NCBI GenBank assembly: GCA_016699465.1
Contig: CP064977.1
Coordinates: 409,743 to 473,742, forward strand
Reading direction: 5' to 3'
Source: Candidatus Campbellbacteria bacterium
Lineage (GTDB): Bacteria; Patescibacteriota; Minisyncoccia; Phycocordibacterales; EsbW-18
DNA length: 64,000 nucleotides
In this document: positions 40,941-50,608 of the stretch, one piece after another
Numbering within the stretch: the first letter of the stretch is position 1
Layout: each line of letters opens with the position of its first letter
Notes under the pieces: model-generated
What the model was told of the DNA's origin: nothing
Seen by the model: the letters and a program-made list of their open reading frames with translations, nothing else
Database searches by the model: none
Made by a program: the position numbers and the translations under genes

Positions 40941-41912
40941 ACCCATCACATCCAATGTGATGCGCACGGTTTGGGCTTCTCCCGTTTCGCTCGCCGCTAC
41001 TAAGGGAATGACAATTGTTTTCTTTTCCACTGGGTACTGAGATGTTTCACTTCCCCAGGTATGCTCCTCATATTGCTATGAGATTATCGAGGGTTACTCG
41101 ATAGGGTTTCCCCATTCGGAAATCTCCGGATCAAAGGTTGCTTAACACCTCCCCGAAGCTTATCGCAGTTACACCACGTCCTTCATCGCCACATTGAACC
41201 AAGGCATCCACCATACGCCCTTTAAATCTCCCGTTAGGAAATCTAAAAACCGTCTCGCATACAACCGCCTACAAAGTGGTTGCATGCTACTTTCATATTT
41301 CTACTTGATTGTTTCATTGGAGCTAGATTAACCAATGAAACTACCTGCTCTTGTCTTACTCAAAAGACAAGAATTTTTGATTCTTTTTGCCCCGACTTTT
41401 TATAGTCGGGATACTACCTATGCAGTTGTCAAAGTTCATCTACCTTGTATGAGAACAAAAAAACCGCTTTTTCAAGCGGAGATTTCTGAGGCACACCGAT
41501 TGTGCGCATTTAGATGCTCCGCGTCGATATGCAGTTAGCTGGTGTATTCATACTAGGTGTTGCCTATTATAGCCATGCAGAGCACCGTGTCAAGGATTTA
41601 GGTCCCAAAAATGCCTCTTTAGTGCAATCAAAAAATGAGACAAAAAACCCTTACAGAATAAAGGTTTTTAAGACCGTCTATAAAAGTCCTGAAAAGTCCC
41701 TGGGGAGAACCTGTGGGTAAGATTTCATTCGCCTCACTTTCTTGGAAACACGCATCGTTTTCTGCTGAAAACGCGCTCCCTCTCGAGCTCAGCTCTCCGA
41801 GAGTTTTCCAAAAAAGAAGGCTTCACCCCTAAGGTTTGGATACAAAAAAATAATGGAAAAGAGCCCGACGGACAAAGCTTTTAGACTCTTTTCCACGGGC
41901 TCTTGCACCCAC

Positions 41913-42173
41913 CTACAGTTTGAGTAGCTTGCGCTCCGCCGGAGACAGTTTGGCGATTGCCACCTGTCTCAGACGAGCAGCCTCTTCTTCATCCTTGAAG
42001 AGCTTTACCGGCTCCTGCTGATTCTCACCGACGAGAAAGCCAATGTCCCCCTTGTCGTTGAAGAGAATGAGCACGAGAGCTGTCTTGCGGCCGTCTTCAT
42101 CGACACTGTAAATCTCCATCATTGGGACGATATGCCATCCCGACAAGTCCTTCCCAACCAGGTCCTTGAGCAT
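41913..42173 (-). CDS. hypothetical protein
   Basis: ORF only. Confidence 0.3.
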   Translation of the reverse strand: MLKDLVGKDLSGWHIVPMMEIYSVDEDGRKTALVLILFNDKGDIGFLVGENQQEPVKLFKDEEEAARLRQVAIAKLSPAERKLLKL

Positions 42174-42307
42174 GTCTTTCTCCTCATTCGGATAGGTACT
42201 GTGTAAAAAACGTGTTCTGCAAAAATACTATTCTTTGTAGATATATAAGCCAACAAAAAGAAAACAGGCCCTTTTGAGGTCTGTTTTCTTTTTGTTCGAA
42301 GTGGTTA

Positions 42308-42604
42308 TTACCAGCTTCGGTCGTTGTTGTTGAATTTTCGTGGTGCTCGCTCCGTCATAGGACGTGCAATGTTCACCGTGAGAGGACGTCCTTCGTATTC
42401 TTTTTCGTGGAACATTTCAATCGCTTTTTGAGCCTCGTCGGCATTACTCATTTCGACGAATCCAAAGCCCTTTGAACGGCCAGTCATCTTGTCCTTAATA
42501 ATAGTTACCGAAACAACCGTGCCGGCTTGTCCAAAGTACTGACCAAGTGCTTGATCACTTGTATCGTAACTCAAGTTGCCAACGTACAATTTTGCTCCTT
42601 CCAT
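42308..42604 (-). CDS. RRM-domain RNA-binding protein
   Basis: RNP-2 LYVGNL and RNP-1 KGFGFVEM. Confidence 0.8.
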   Translation of the reverse strand: MEGAKLYVGNLSYDTSDQALGQYFGQAGTVVSVTIIKDKMTGRSKGFGFVEMSNADEAQKAIEMFHEKEYEGRPLTVNIARPMTERAPRKFNNNDRSW

Positions 42605-42755
42605 ATATACTTTTTCTTTGCTAACTTCCTACACCAAAAGGTATAGGACTTAATAAACTACGCGTCCAGTGTATCAGAATATAGATGAAAAGAAAATAAA
42701 ATGAAAAAATGTGCATCGTTGTACAAACGAAAAACTGCCCAGAGTGCGGGCAGTT

Positions 42756-42874
42756 TTACATACGCGAGTGTCGAATACGCGCGGGCGTTCCGACAACGAT
42801 TGCGTACACGAAAAACAATGTCACGAGCGCGAAGAGCTTGAGAAGCACACCAAACTCTTGCAGGTATTCTTTCA
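42756..42874 (-). CDS. candidate 39-aa hydrophobic peptide
   Basis: AAGGAG RBS. MKEYLQEFGVLLKLFALVTLFFVYAIVVGTPARIRHSRM. Flanked by two hairpin terminators. Confidence 0.25.
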
Positions 42875-43181
42875 TCGATGGACTCCTTTTTTAAAAAAAG
42901 AGAATACATTGGTGGGTGTTGCTGAAGCAACACCCACCAACGCCGTCACCTCCGTGTATGGTGTATACTACTCGATAGGATCACCTCCTTTGAAAGGATT
43001 TTATGATGTTCGAGAACAAGTCCTAAAGGGGACAATACAAAAATATATTATGCTAGTCAAGCATGAGGAAAGCCCCGAATCCAGAACGGATTCGGGGCCT
43101 TGAAACATAACGTACCTCTTTTTTTTGGTACTCACCTGTTTGGGAGTGCCCATTGCGTACCTACAACAGACACTCCCCACT

Positions 43182-43379
43182 TCAACTGCCGGTATCGATA
43201 GCCCAACGGAGGTTGACGTTGGTCAAATGTTTCTCGACGCTCGGACCGAGCGTCGAGACCGCCCTGTCACCGATGAACACGCTGGTGACGTCCTTCACCT
43301 GAGTCGCCGGATCCGCACGCGCGGCACCGGCGAAGGCGACGCAGCAAAGCATCACGATCAGAGCCAGCTTCCTCACGTT
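43182..43379 (-). CDS. small secreted GC-rich protein (hypothetical)
   Basis: AGGAGG RBS then GTG. Signal peptide KLALIVMLCCVAFAGAARA. Confidence 0.25.
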   Translation of the reverse strand, partial: NVRKLALIVMLCCVAFAGAARADPATQVKDVTSVFIGDRAVSTLGPSVEKHLTNVNLRWAIDTGS

Positions 43380-43854
43380 TTCCCGACCTCCTTTCTGTGT
43401 CGTTGTATACACATCGTGGACCAACGCTGGTCCACGAAGAGAAGTGTGTTATGGGTATTAGAAAGACCAACTAACACTACTATAATGATGGATGAAAAAA
43501 GTCAAATGCACCAAGTAGAGATACAATACTATTTCACCAACAACCCTTGTAACACTCTCTGGCAAGGAAAGGGCGGTTCCACTCCGTGGAACCGCCCTTG
43601 GTAGTGCGTCTCGTCCGCCGTGAAGTGCGGTGGCGTGTGTGTGGAACGAGCCAAGAGTTTCTTGTTCCTCATCTCTCTCCTTGGCGGACCCCTTGTCCGC
43701 TGAGTTGACCTTCGCACGATTACGAAAGGTCAAGAGACACATTAGAAAACTGGGGGCATGTACACCTACATTCGATACCACCAAAACAATCTTTTGTGTC
43801 AATAATAAAAAGAAAACCGTCACTAAGCGGTTTTCTTTTTAAACTCTAGGCAAT

Positions 43855-45999
43855 CTATTTACTTCGCTGTTCAATGATTGTTTTTGCAACGTTCTCTGGA
43901 ACCACTTCGTAGTGATCAAATTCCATCGTTGAGTTTCCTCGTCCTTCTGTCATCGAACGGAGCTGTGTGGTGTATCCAAACATTTCTGAAAGTGGCACAA
44001 ATGCACGCACCACCTTGAGTTGACCGCGGTCTTCCATTCCTTCAATTTGTCCGCGCTTTGATGAAAGATTTCCGGTGATGTCACCCATGAACTGTTCAGG
44101 AATAACCACTTCAATTTTCATAATCGGCTCAAGGAGCACTGGGCGAGCTTTTCGTGTTGCCTCTTGCAATGCTTGTGACGCTGCAATCTTGAACGCAATT
44201 TCAGATGAGTCCACGTCGTGGTACGAACCATCGTAGAGTTCAACAGACACATTCACCATGCGGTACCCCGCGAGAATACCACGATCCATCGCTTCACGAA
44301 GTCCTTTCTGCACAGCAGGAATAAATTCTTGTGGAATAACACCTCCCTTGATACTGTTGATAAATTCGAGTCCTTCGTCTCTCTTTGTGTTCTTTGGCAA
44401 ATCTTCATCTTTGATAGATGTATCCATCTGCTTCACCTTGATCTTCACGTGACCATACTGTCCCTTACCACCAGTTTGTTTGATGTACTTGTTTTCAACA
44501 TCTGCTTCACCGAGAATTGTTTCGCGGTATGCCACTTGTGGCTTACCAACGTTTGCATCAACTGAAAATTCACGACGCATACGTTCAACGAGCACTTCAA
44601 GGTGCAATTCACCCATGCCGGCGATAATGGTTTCGAGTGTTTCAGGATCTGACGTCACGCGGAATGTTGGGTCTTCGTCTGAAAGTCGCTTGAGTGCCAT
44701 ACCAAGTTTTTCTTGGTCTGCCTTTGTCTTTGGTTCAATACGAAGAGAAATAACTGGTTCAGGAATTTTAATTCGTTCAAGAATAATTGGGTGTGCCTCA
44801 TCACACAGTGTGTCAGATGTTTTTGTATCCTTGAGACCTACCGCTGCTGCAATTTCTCCCGCAAACACCTTCTTTACTTCTTCTCGATCGTTGGCGTGCA
44901 AACGCACAATACGTCCCACACGCTCTTTCGTTTCCTTTGTTGCATTGTACACATACGAGCCGGCTTCAAGAGAACCTGAGTACACACGGAAGAATGTAAG
45001 CTGACCAATAAATGGATCCGCCTGCACTTTGAATGCGAGCGCTGCAAATGGTTCCTCATCGGATGCGTGACGAATAATTTCTTCGTTGGTATTTGGGTCA
45101 ATTCCCTTTGCTGGAGGAATATCAAGTGGTGATGGAAGGTAATCAATAACTGCATCGAGCACGAGTTGCACACCTTTGTTCTTGAGCGCAGAACCTGTGA
45201 ACACAGGAATAATAAGGTTTGCGATAACCGCCTTGCGCAAAATTGCTTTAAGCTCCGCGTATGACGGCTCCTTCCCTTCCAAGTACATATTCATTGCCGC
45301 TTCGTCTTGCTCAACAATTTTTTCAATAAGTGTGTGGCGGTGCTTTTCAGCTTCTGCTTTCAAATGCTCAGGAACATCGTCTTGTCGAATGACACTACCC
45401 TTGTCTCCTTCAAAGTAAAATGCACGCATGGTGAGCAAATCAACAACACCTTCATGTTTGTCTTCTTCACCAATTGGAATTTGCATGCGAACTGCGTTCG
45501 GTGTGAGTCGATCGAGGATAGATGCGTATGAACGCTCAAATGATGCACCAGTACGATCGAGTTTGTTGATGAAACACATACGAGGCACTTTTCCTTCTTC
45601 TGCGTAGCGCCAGTTTGTTTCTGATTGTGGTTCAACTCCTGACACACCATCGAATACCACAACAGCACCGTCGAGCACACGGAGTGATCGTTTCACTTCA
45701 ATTGTAAAGTCGATGTGTCCTGGGGTATCAATGAGATTGAATCGGTGTTTGAGTTCTGTATTTTTTGCGTCGTATGAAGGTGTCCAAAAACACGTCGTTG
45801 CAGCAGCAGTAATCGTAATACCACGCTCACGTTCCTGCTCCATCCAGTCCATGACGGTGTCTCCTTCGTGCACTTCACCAATTTTGTGAGACACTCCTGT
45901 ATAAAAAAGCACGCGTTCGGAAACAGTTGTCTTTCCCGCGTCAATGTGTGCCACGATACCGAAGTTGCGTACTTTCTCTAGTGGATAGTCTCGTTCCAT
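43855..45999 (-). CDS. fusA: elongation factor G
   Basis: G-domain [21 protein letters not shown]. Full EF-G length. Confidence 0.9.
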   Translation of the reverse strand: MERDYPLEKVRNFGIVAHIDAGKTTVSERVLFYTGVSHKIGEVHEGDTVMDWMEQERERGITITAAATTCFWTPSYDAKNTELKHRFNLIDTPGHIDFTIEVKRSLRVLDGAVVVFDGVSGVEPQSETNWRYAEEGKVPRMCFINKLDRTGASFERSYASILDRLTPNAVRMQIPIGEEDKHEGVVDLLTMRAFYFEGDKGSVIRQDDVPEHLKAEAEKHRHTLIEKIVEQDEAAMNMYLEGKEPSYAELKAILRKAVIANLIIPVFTGSALKNKGVQLVLDAVIDYLPSPLDIPPAKGIDPNTNEEIIRHASDEEPFAALAFKVQADPFIGQLTFFRVYSGSLEAGSYVYNATKETKERVGRIVRLHANDREEVKKVFAGEIAAAVGLKDTKTSDTLCDEAHPIILERIKIPEPVISLRIEPKTKADQEKLGMALKRLSDEDPTFRVTSDPETLETIIAGMGELHLEVLVERMRREFSVDANVGKPQVAYRETILGEADVENKYIKQTGGKGQYGHVKIKVKQMDTSIKDEDLPKNTKRDEGLEFINSIKGGVIPQEFIPAVQKGLREAMDRGILAGYRMVNVSVELYDGSYHDVDSSEIAFKIAASQALQEATRKARPVLLEPIMKIEVVIPEQFMGDITGNLSSKRGQIEGMEDRGQLKVVRAFVPLSEMFGYTTQLRSMTEGRGNSTMEFDHYEVVPENVAKTIIEQRSK

Positions 46000-46152
46000 A
46001 TAATTAGATACTTGATATTAGATACTGGAAATAAGGATAAAAAACGATATAAAAACGCCCCCACGGGCAAAACCACTATAGCATAAAAGTGTGCTTTAAC
46101 AACACACACAAAAAGGTCGCGCAGAGGTATCTGCGCGACCGAAAAAAGAACG

Positions 46153-46953
46153 TCACTCGTTCATCTGCGCTGCCTGTCGGCAGCGCAGAAGCGCCCGACC
46201 GGCGATTCTCTTGCAGAGAGCTCGCTTATCCTCGTCTGAAAGATCTCGTGGCGTCCGGTTCCCCTTCTTCGCCTCACTGAGAGACGCCAGGAGAACACGC
46301 TCCTTCGTGTTCCCGAAGAGCGTATCAAGAATGTCCTCCATGGCGGGGAGAAGAAGTTGTGCCTCCCGCTTCCGAGAAAGCGTGTCCTTGCGTACACCCG
46401 GAAGCAAGGGAGCCATGATGAGATCCGCCGCTCCCCACACCGACATTGCAAACAGGAGCGGAAGCGGATCCACATACGACTTCGGCCACATCTTCTCCGC
46501 CATGCCCTCGCGGACAGGCAATGAGATCTGGGAAGCCACTTCCCTCCAGATATGCCAGAGTCTGGACAAAGAACGCTGAATCCGCTCCGGATAGGGCGGA
46601 CGCTTCAGACACCCAGCACCAGTGGAAAGGAATGCGAGCACCTTGTAGTAGGTGGAGAACGCATCCTCTGGCGACACGTGGACAGCCACGGATACGTCTC
46701 CCAGAAAGCGCTCCGTCGCGAAAACCTGCATCGCATTGTCCGCAACGTCGCCTTCACCTTCCTCATGAGGAACATCTAGAAGAAATGTCACTTGCTCACA
46801 GAACAGGCGAACCTCATCTGGCGTCCTCATGCTCCCCGGGAGCACCTTACGAAGAGCGTACAGCAGCCCGATTGCCTCGGCTTCCGAAGCAGTGTTCTTC
46901 CACCGCTCCTGAAACTGCCCCCACGACGTGATTACCGCTAACTGTCTCGGCAT
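46153..46953 (-). CDS. hypothetical protein (GC-rich, inserted in the str operon)
   Basis: Strong RBS GAGAAAGGAG. About 60% GC. No recognisable domain. Confidence 0.45.
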   Translation of the reverse strand: MPRQLAVITSWGQFQERWKNTASEAEAIGLLYALRKVLPGSMRTPDEVRLFCEQVTFLLDVPHEEGEGDVADNAMQVFATERFLGDVSVAVHVSPEDAFSTYYKVLAFLSTGAGCLKRPPYPERIQRSLSRLWHIWREVASQISLPVREGMAEKMWPKSYVDPLPLLFAMSVWGAADLIMAPLLPGVRKDTLSRKREAQLLLPAMEDILDTLFGNTKERVLLASLSEAKKGNRTPRDLSDEDKRALCKRIAGRALLRCRQAAQMNE

Positions 46954-47098
46954 GGATCACTCCTTTCTCGTTGGTCGCCCGCTCAATTAGGGCAACAGAT
47001 GATCCGTTGCCAATTCTCCGCAAAAGTAAACGGAAGTCAAGAAAACAGAAAGGCCGTGCGGGTACGCCCGCACGGCCAGAACTAAAAGAACCTATTCC

Positions 47099-47616
47099 TT
47101 ACGGAACGTACCCACCAATGACACCCTTCCAACGAAATTCGTTGATTTCGCCCCCATTTCCCTCCCTGCTCTGAAAGATGTCCACGGTCACACGATCACC
47201 CGCACGGGTAAGCGCACACACATCAACCGCTCCCTCGTTCATAGGCAATGAGTTTCTGATGGCCGTAAACTCCAGAGGGCTTCCCGACAGCATCAAAGGT
47301 CTACTGAATTGAATCTTCCCTTTTTCCGGACGTACGATAAGCTTGCATCCAGTAATCTTCATAACAACGACCGACGTTCCATCTGCACCTGCTGCGCCTG
47401 CAATTGCCCCAAGTGTCGGCATGCCAACAAACGAACCAATGATGGCACCACCAATCGCATCACCACCGGCGCCAGATGGTGTTACTTTTTCTTCGGCAAG
47501 CACCCGCACCTCCTGAACAATTGCGGTAACCGAAGCGTATTGTGTGACCTCCCCGCAATCGGAGTACTGGCCAACAACGGTCATGAGAACAAGCAGTGAA
47601 CCGCGCACATTCATGT
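47099..47616 (-). CDS. SlyB-like glycine-zipper outer-membrane lipoprotein family protein
   Basis: Signal peptide. Glycine zipper GAGGDAIGGAIIGSFVGMPTLGAIAGAAGADG. RBS AGGGGGAAA. GC-rich. Confidence 0.5.
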
Positions 47617-47773
47617 GTGTTTCCCCCTGTGAGTTGTTTGTGTTGGGTTGGGTGAACGATTTTTTCTTAATGCACACTACTCTTTTGAAAACAATCAGTC
47701 AACGTACCCAAGGAAAAAACACGCCTTGGGACGTGTCTTTTGCTTGTTTTTGACGGCTTAATTAAAATTCCAC

Positions 47774-48268
47774 TTATTTCTTCTTTGGTCTCGCAAGTGC
47801 GAAGTGAGCAAATGCTTTGTTGGCCTCCGCCATCTTGTGCACGTTGTCACGCTTTGCCATAGCACCTCCCTCTCCTTTACTTGCGGCAAGCAATTCTCCT
47901 GCGAGTCGTGTTGCAAAATCTGCACCCTTCTTTGCGCGAGCACCTTCAAGGAGCCATCGGAGTGCGAGTGCGAGCTGTCGTTCTGGACGAACTGGATGTG
48001 GCACCTGATAGTTGGCACCTCCCACACGTCGTGAGCGAACTTCCATTGTTGGTGCAACACTCTGAATGGTCTGTTCCAAAAATGCAGCAGGATCTTCGAC
48101 GTTGTTCTTTGTCTTTAAAATATCGAGGGCATCGTACACCAATTTTTGTGCAACGCTCTTTTTACCGTGCTTAATCACATGCGCAATAAGCTTACTTACC
48201 GTAACTGAGTGGTAGACTCGGTCTGGAAGCATTGGGTGTTTTTCTCGTTCTTTAAGTTTACGACGCAT
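47774..48268 (-). CDS. rpsG: ribosomal protein S7
   Basis: S7 family motifs (KHGKKSVAQKLVYDAL...). Confidence 0.85.
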   Translation of the reverse strand: MRRKLKEREKHPMLPDRVYHSVTVSKLIAHVIKHGKKSVAQKLVYDALDILKTKNNVEDPAAFLEQTIQSVAPTMEVRSRRVGGANYQVPHPVRPERQLALALRWLLEGARAKKGADFATRLAGELLAASKGEGGAMAKRDNVHKMAEANKAFAHFALARPKKK

Positions 48269-48277
48269 AATGATGAG

Positions 48278-48368
48278 TTAAAATTCAAAGTTCAAAATTT
48301 AAAATCTAAAAAATGTTTGATGTTTATAATTTAAAGTTCTTTGAGCTTTGTGCTTTAGATTTTGTGCT
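48278..48368. repeat. palindromic AT-rich repeat (IVS-stem family) in the rpsL-rpsG intergenic region
   Basis: aaattcaaagttcaaaatttaaaatctaaaaaa...ctttgagctttgtgctttagattttgtgctt. Confidence 0.5.
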
Positions 48369-48784
48369 TACTTCGCTGCCTTTGGACGCTTCGCCCCGTA
48401 ATGACTTCGTCCCTTTCTTCGTTTGTCTACTCCTTCAGCATCAAATGTTCCACGAACGATTGTGTAACGAACTCCAATGTCTTTTACACGACCGCCGCGC
48501 AAAAGTACCACTGAGTGTTCCTGCAACTTGTGTCCCATTCCTGGAATGTACGCCGTAACTTCTTGACCGTTCGTCAATCGTACACGAGCAATTTTTCGGA
48601 TAGCTGAGTTTGGCTTCTTTGGAGTTGTTGTCTTCACCTGCGTACACACACCACGCTTAAATGGAGATGGGTATCGTGAAGGTCGGTTTTCGAGTGTGTT
48701 AAAACCACGACCAAGGGCGGTCGTCTTTGTTTTGCGAGCTGACTTCTTTCGATTTTTTCGAATAAGCTGGTTGATTGTCGACAT
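48368..48784 (-). CDS. rpsL: ribosomal protein S12
   Basis: Highly conserved S12 sequence (PKKPNSA(I)RK, GGRVKDLPGVRY-like). Confidence 0.9.
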   Translation of the reverse strand: MSTINQLIRKNRKKSARKTKTTALGRGFNTLENRPSRYPSPFKRGVCTQVKTTTPKKPNSAIRKIARVRLTNGQEVTAYIPGMGHKLQEHSVVLLRGGRVKDIGVRYTIVRGTFDAEGVDKRRKGRSHYGAKRPKAAK

Positions 48785-49079
48785 GATTGATTTTTTTAGC
48801 GAACGAAGTGAGTTTTAAAAATCGTCACCCAGCACTTAGTGCTGAGAACCGTTTTTCTTCATCCGCTATGGGCTTCTACCCGACTTACCAACACGCGTAG
48901 GTATCTGATAACTAAGTGCTGGGTCTAAGAGTTGTACGTCGCCCTGCGACAACAACTCTAAGAAAAATCCGCAAACGCGGCTTTCAAGAGAATACTATAG
49001 AAAAGCCTCTCGTGCAAGTTCCCAATTTGTCCCTGCGTAGCAGGGTCGAATCGCAATCCCCATCGAGCCCTTACCTGAC

Positions 49080-49727
49080 TTAAAAGGAAATACCAGTAAT
49101 GAGGGTAAAAAGGACGCTTACAAGAGGGGCAATAAACTTCCACCCAACAAGAACAACAATAAAGACAAAGATAAAACCATATCTATCCATACTTTGCAGA
49201 CGTGCGGCATACCGTAAAGGAAGCGCCGCCATCAAGACCTTCGAGCCATCGAGTGGTGGAACAGGAATAAGGTTAAATACCATAAGGGCAATATTTGTCA
49301 CTACAATAAGAACGGCAATAGAAAGAACCCCTTCAGGAAGCACGCCTCCTGCGAAGCGAATAAGGAAACCGAAAATAAGTGCCAAAAGAAGATTGGTACC
49401 GGGACCAGCAAGCGCAACGTACGCCTCGCTCCACTTCCCCGGGCGTAAATTGTATGGATTGTACGGCACTGGTTTTGCCCATCCAAAAATAAATCCCCCT
49501 GACAACCATGTAATGGCCGGAACAATAATGGAACCTATCATGTCCAAGTGAGAAATTGGGTTGAGTGTCAGACGTCCAGCAAGTCGAGCCGTTGGATCAC
49601 CCAGCGCGTTTGCAGCATAGCCGTGCGCAACCTCGTGTAAGACGACGGAAAGCATAACAATGGCAATGACAATGGCGGTTGTTGCGATATCGGGCATGAT
49701 GAGGAAAGCACAAAGCTCAAAGTACAA
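49080..49727 (-). CDS. site-2 protease family (M50) zinc metalloprotease
   Basis: HEVAHG and NLIPVPPLDG motifs. Multi-TM. Confidence 0.7.
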   Translation of the reverse strand: MYFELCAFLIMPDIATTAIVIAIVMLSVVLHEVAHGYAANALGDPTARLAGRLTLNPISHLDMIGSIIVPAITWLSGGFIFGWAKPVPYNPYNLRPGKWSEAYVALAGPGTNLLLALIFGFLIRFAGGVLPEGVLSIAVLIVVTNIALMVFNLIPVPPLDGSKVLMAALPLRYAARLQSMDRYGFIFVFIVVLVGWKFIAPLVSVLFTLITGISF

Positions 49728-49738
49728 AATCCAAAAAA

Positions 49739-50128
49739 TTATTTAGAAGATTTTATTTTGGCTTCAGTGTTCCACATGATAGTACTAAATATTCGGGCAA
49801 GTTCCAATGACTCACCGTACAAACGTTTACGAACACGTTCGATTTCTTCGGTGTGTACCGAAATAAGACTAAGCCAATAAGCACTTTCTCGCGCTTCTTT
49901 ACGGCAAATTCGTATGCGATGCACAAAATCCCTGCGACTTAAACACTCATTTGCCTCAATATAATTAGCCCCCACTGATCCCGACGACCTAATGAGTTGT
50001 TTACAATCCTCAATAGTGGCCTGGGTTTTCTGAAGAATGGACGTAAAATGTCGGACATTCATTGCAAATGTCCTGCTCCGTTCTTCTAAATCAAATATTT
50101 TCCTTTCTTGTTGATCTTCATTTGTCAT
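49739..50128 (-). CDS. four-helix-bundle protein (23S rRNA intervening-sequence protein / Avd-like family)
   Basis: QLIRSSGSVGANYIEA motif typical of the family. Flanked by inverted copies of the IVS-stem repeat (49704-49745 and 50128-50165). Confidence 0.65.
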   Translation of the reverse strand: MTNEDQQERKIFDLEERSRTFAMNVRHFTSILQKTQATIEDCKQLIRSSGSVGANYIEANECLSRRDFVHRIRICRKEARESAYWLSLISVHTEEIERVRKRLYGESLELARIFSTIMWNTEAKIKSSK

Positions 50129-50211
50129 TTTTTGAGCTTTGTGCTTTTGATTTTGAGCTTTGACTAGCATATTTTACTGTGCTAGTATCAAGTTTCGATA
50201 AAGTTATATAT

Positions 50212-50466
50212 ATGACCAAAGAATGCGTTATAACAGGAGCAACAACACTCACCGCTGGTCGCTACAGTAATAGAACGCGCGCGACGCAGTTTAACCCTGG
50301 CGTAAAACGAGGTAAGAAGCGCCGAAAGGCCAACTTACAGAAGCGCAAGCTTTTTATTCCTGAACTCGGAAAAAGCGTTCATGTTGTTGTCTCAAACCGC
50401 GGCATGAAAACAATTCGTAAGAATGGCGCATATTCAGCCCTCAAGAAAGTCGGCGCTCTCAAATAG
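50212..50466 (+). CDS. rpmB: ribosomal protein L28
   Basis: C(V)ITG...R..RATQFNP...VVVSNRGMKTIRKNG pattern. Terminator hairpin 50477-50510. Confidence 0.65.
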   Translation: MTKECVITGATTLTAGRYSNRTRATQFNPGVKRGKKRRKANLQKRKLFIPELGKSVHVVVSNRGMKTIRKNGAYSALKKVGALK

Positions 50467-50476
50467 ATTCAATACT

Positions 50477-50510
50477 AAAAACCCTCGGCACAATGCCGAG
50501 GGTTTTTAGT
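50477..50510 (+). terminator. rho-independent terminator after rpmB
   Basis: aaaaaccctcggcacaatgccgagggttttt. Confidence 0.6.
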
Positions 50511-50608
50511 TACTACATATCCCCACCCTCCAGCAGAGCACGCTATTTTCTACTTCTTTAGTGTTTGATTTTTCTCCTCCCACATTCCAGATACCACATA
50601 CTATGCAG

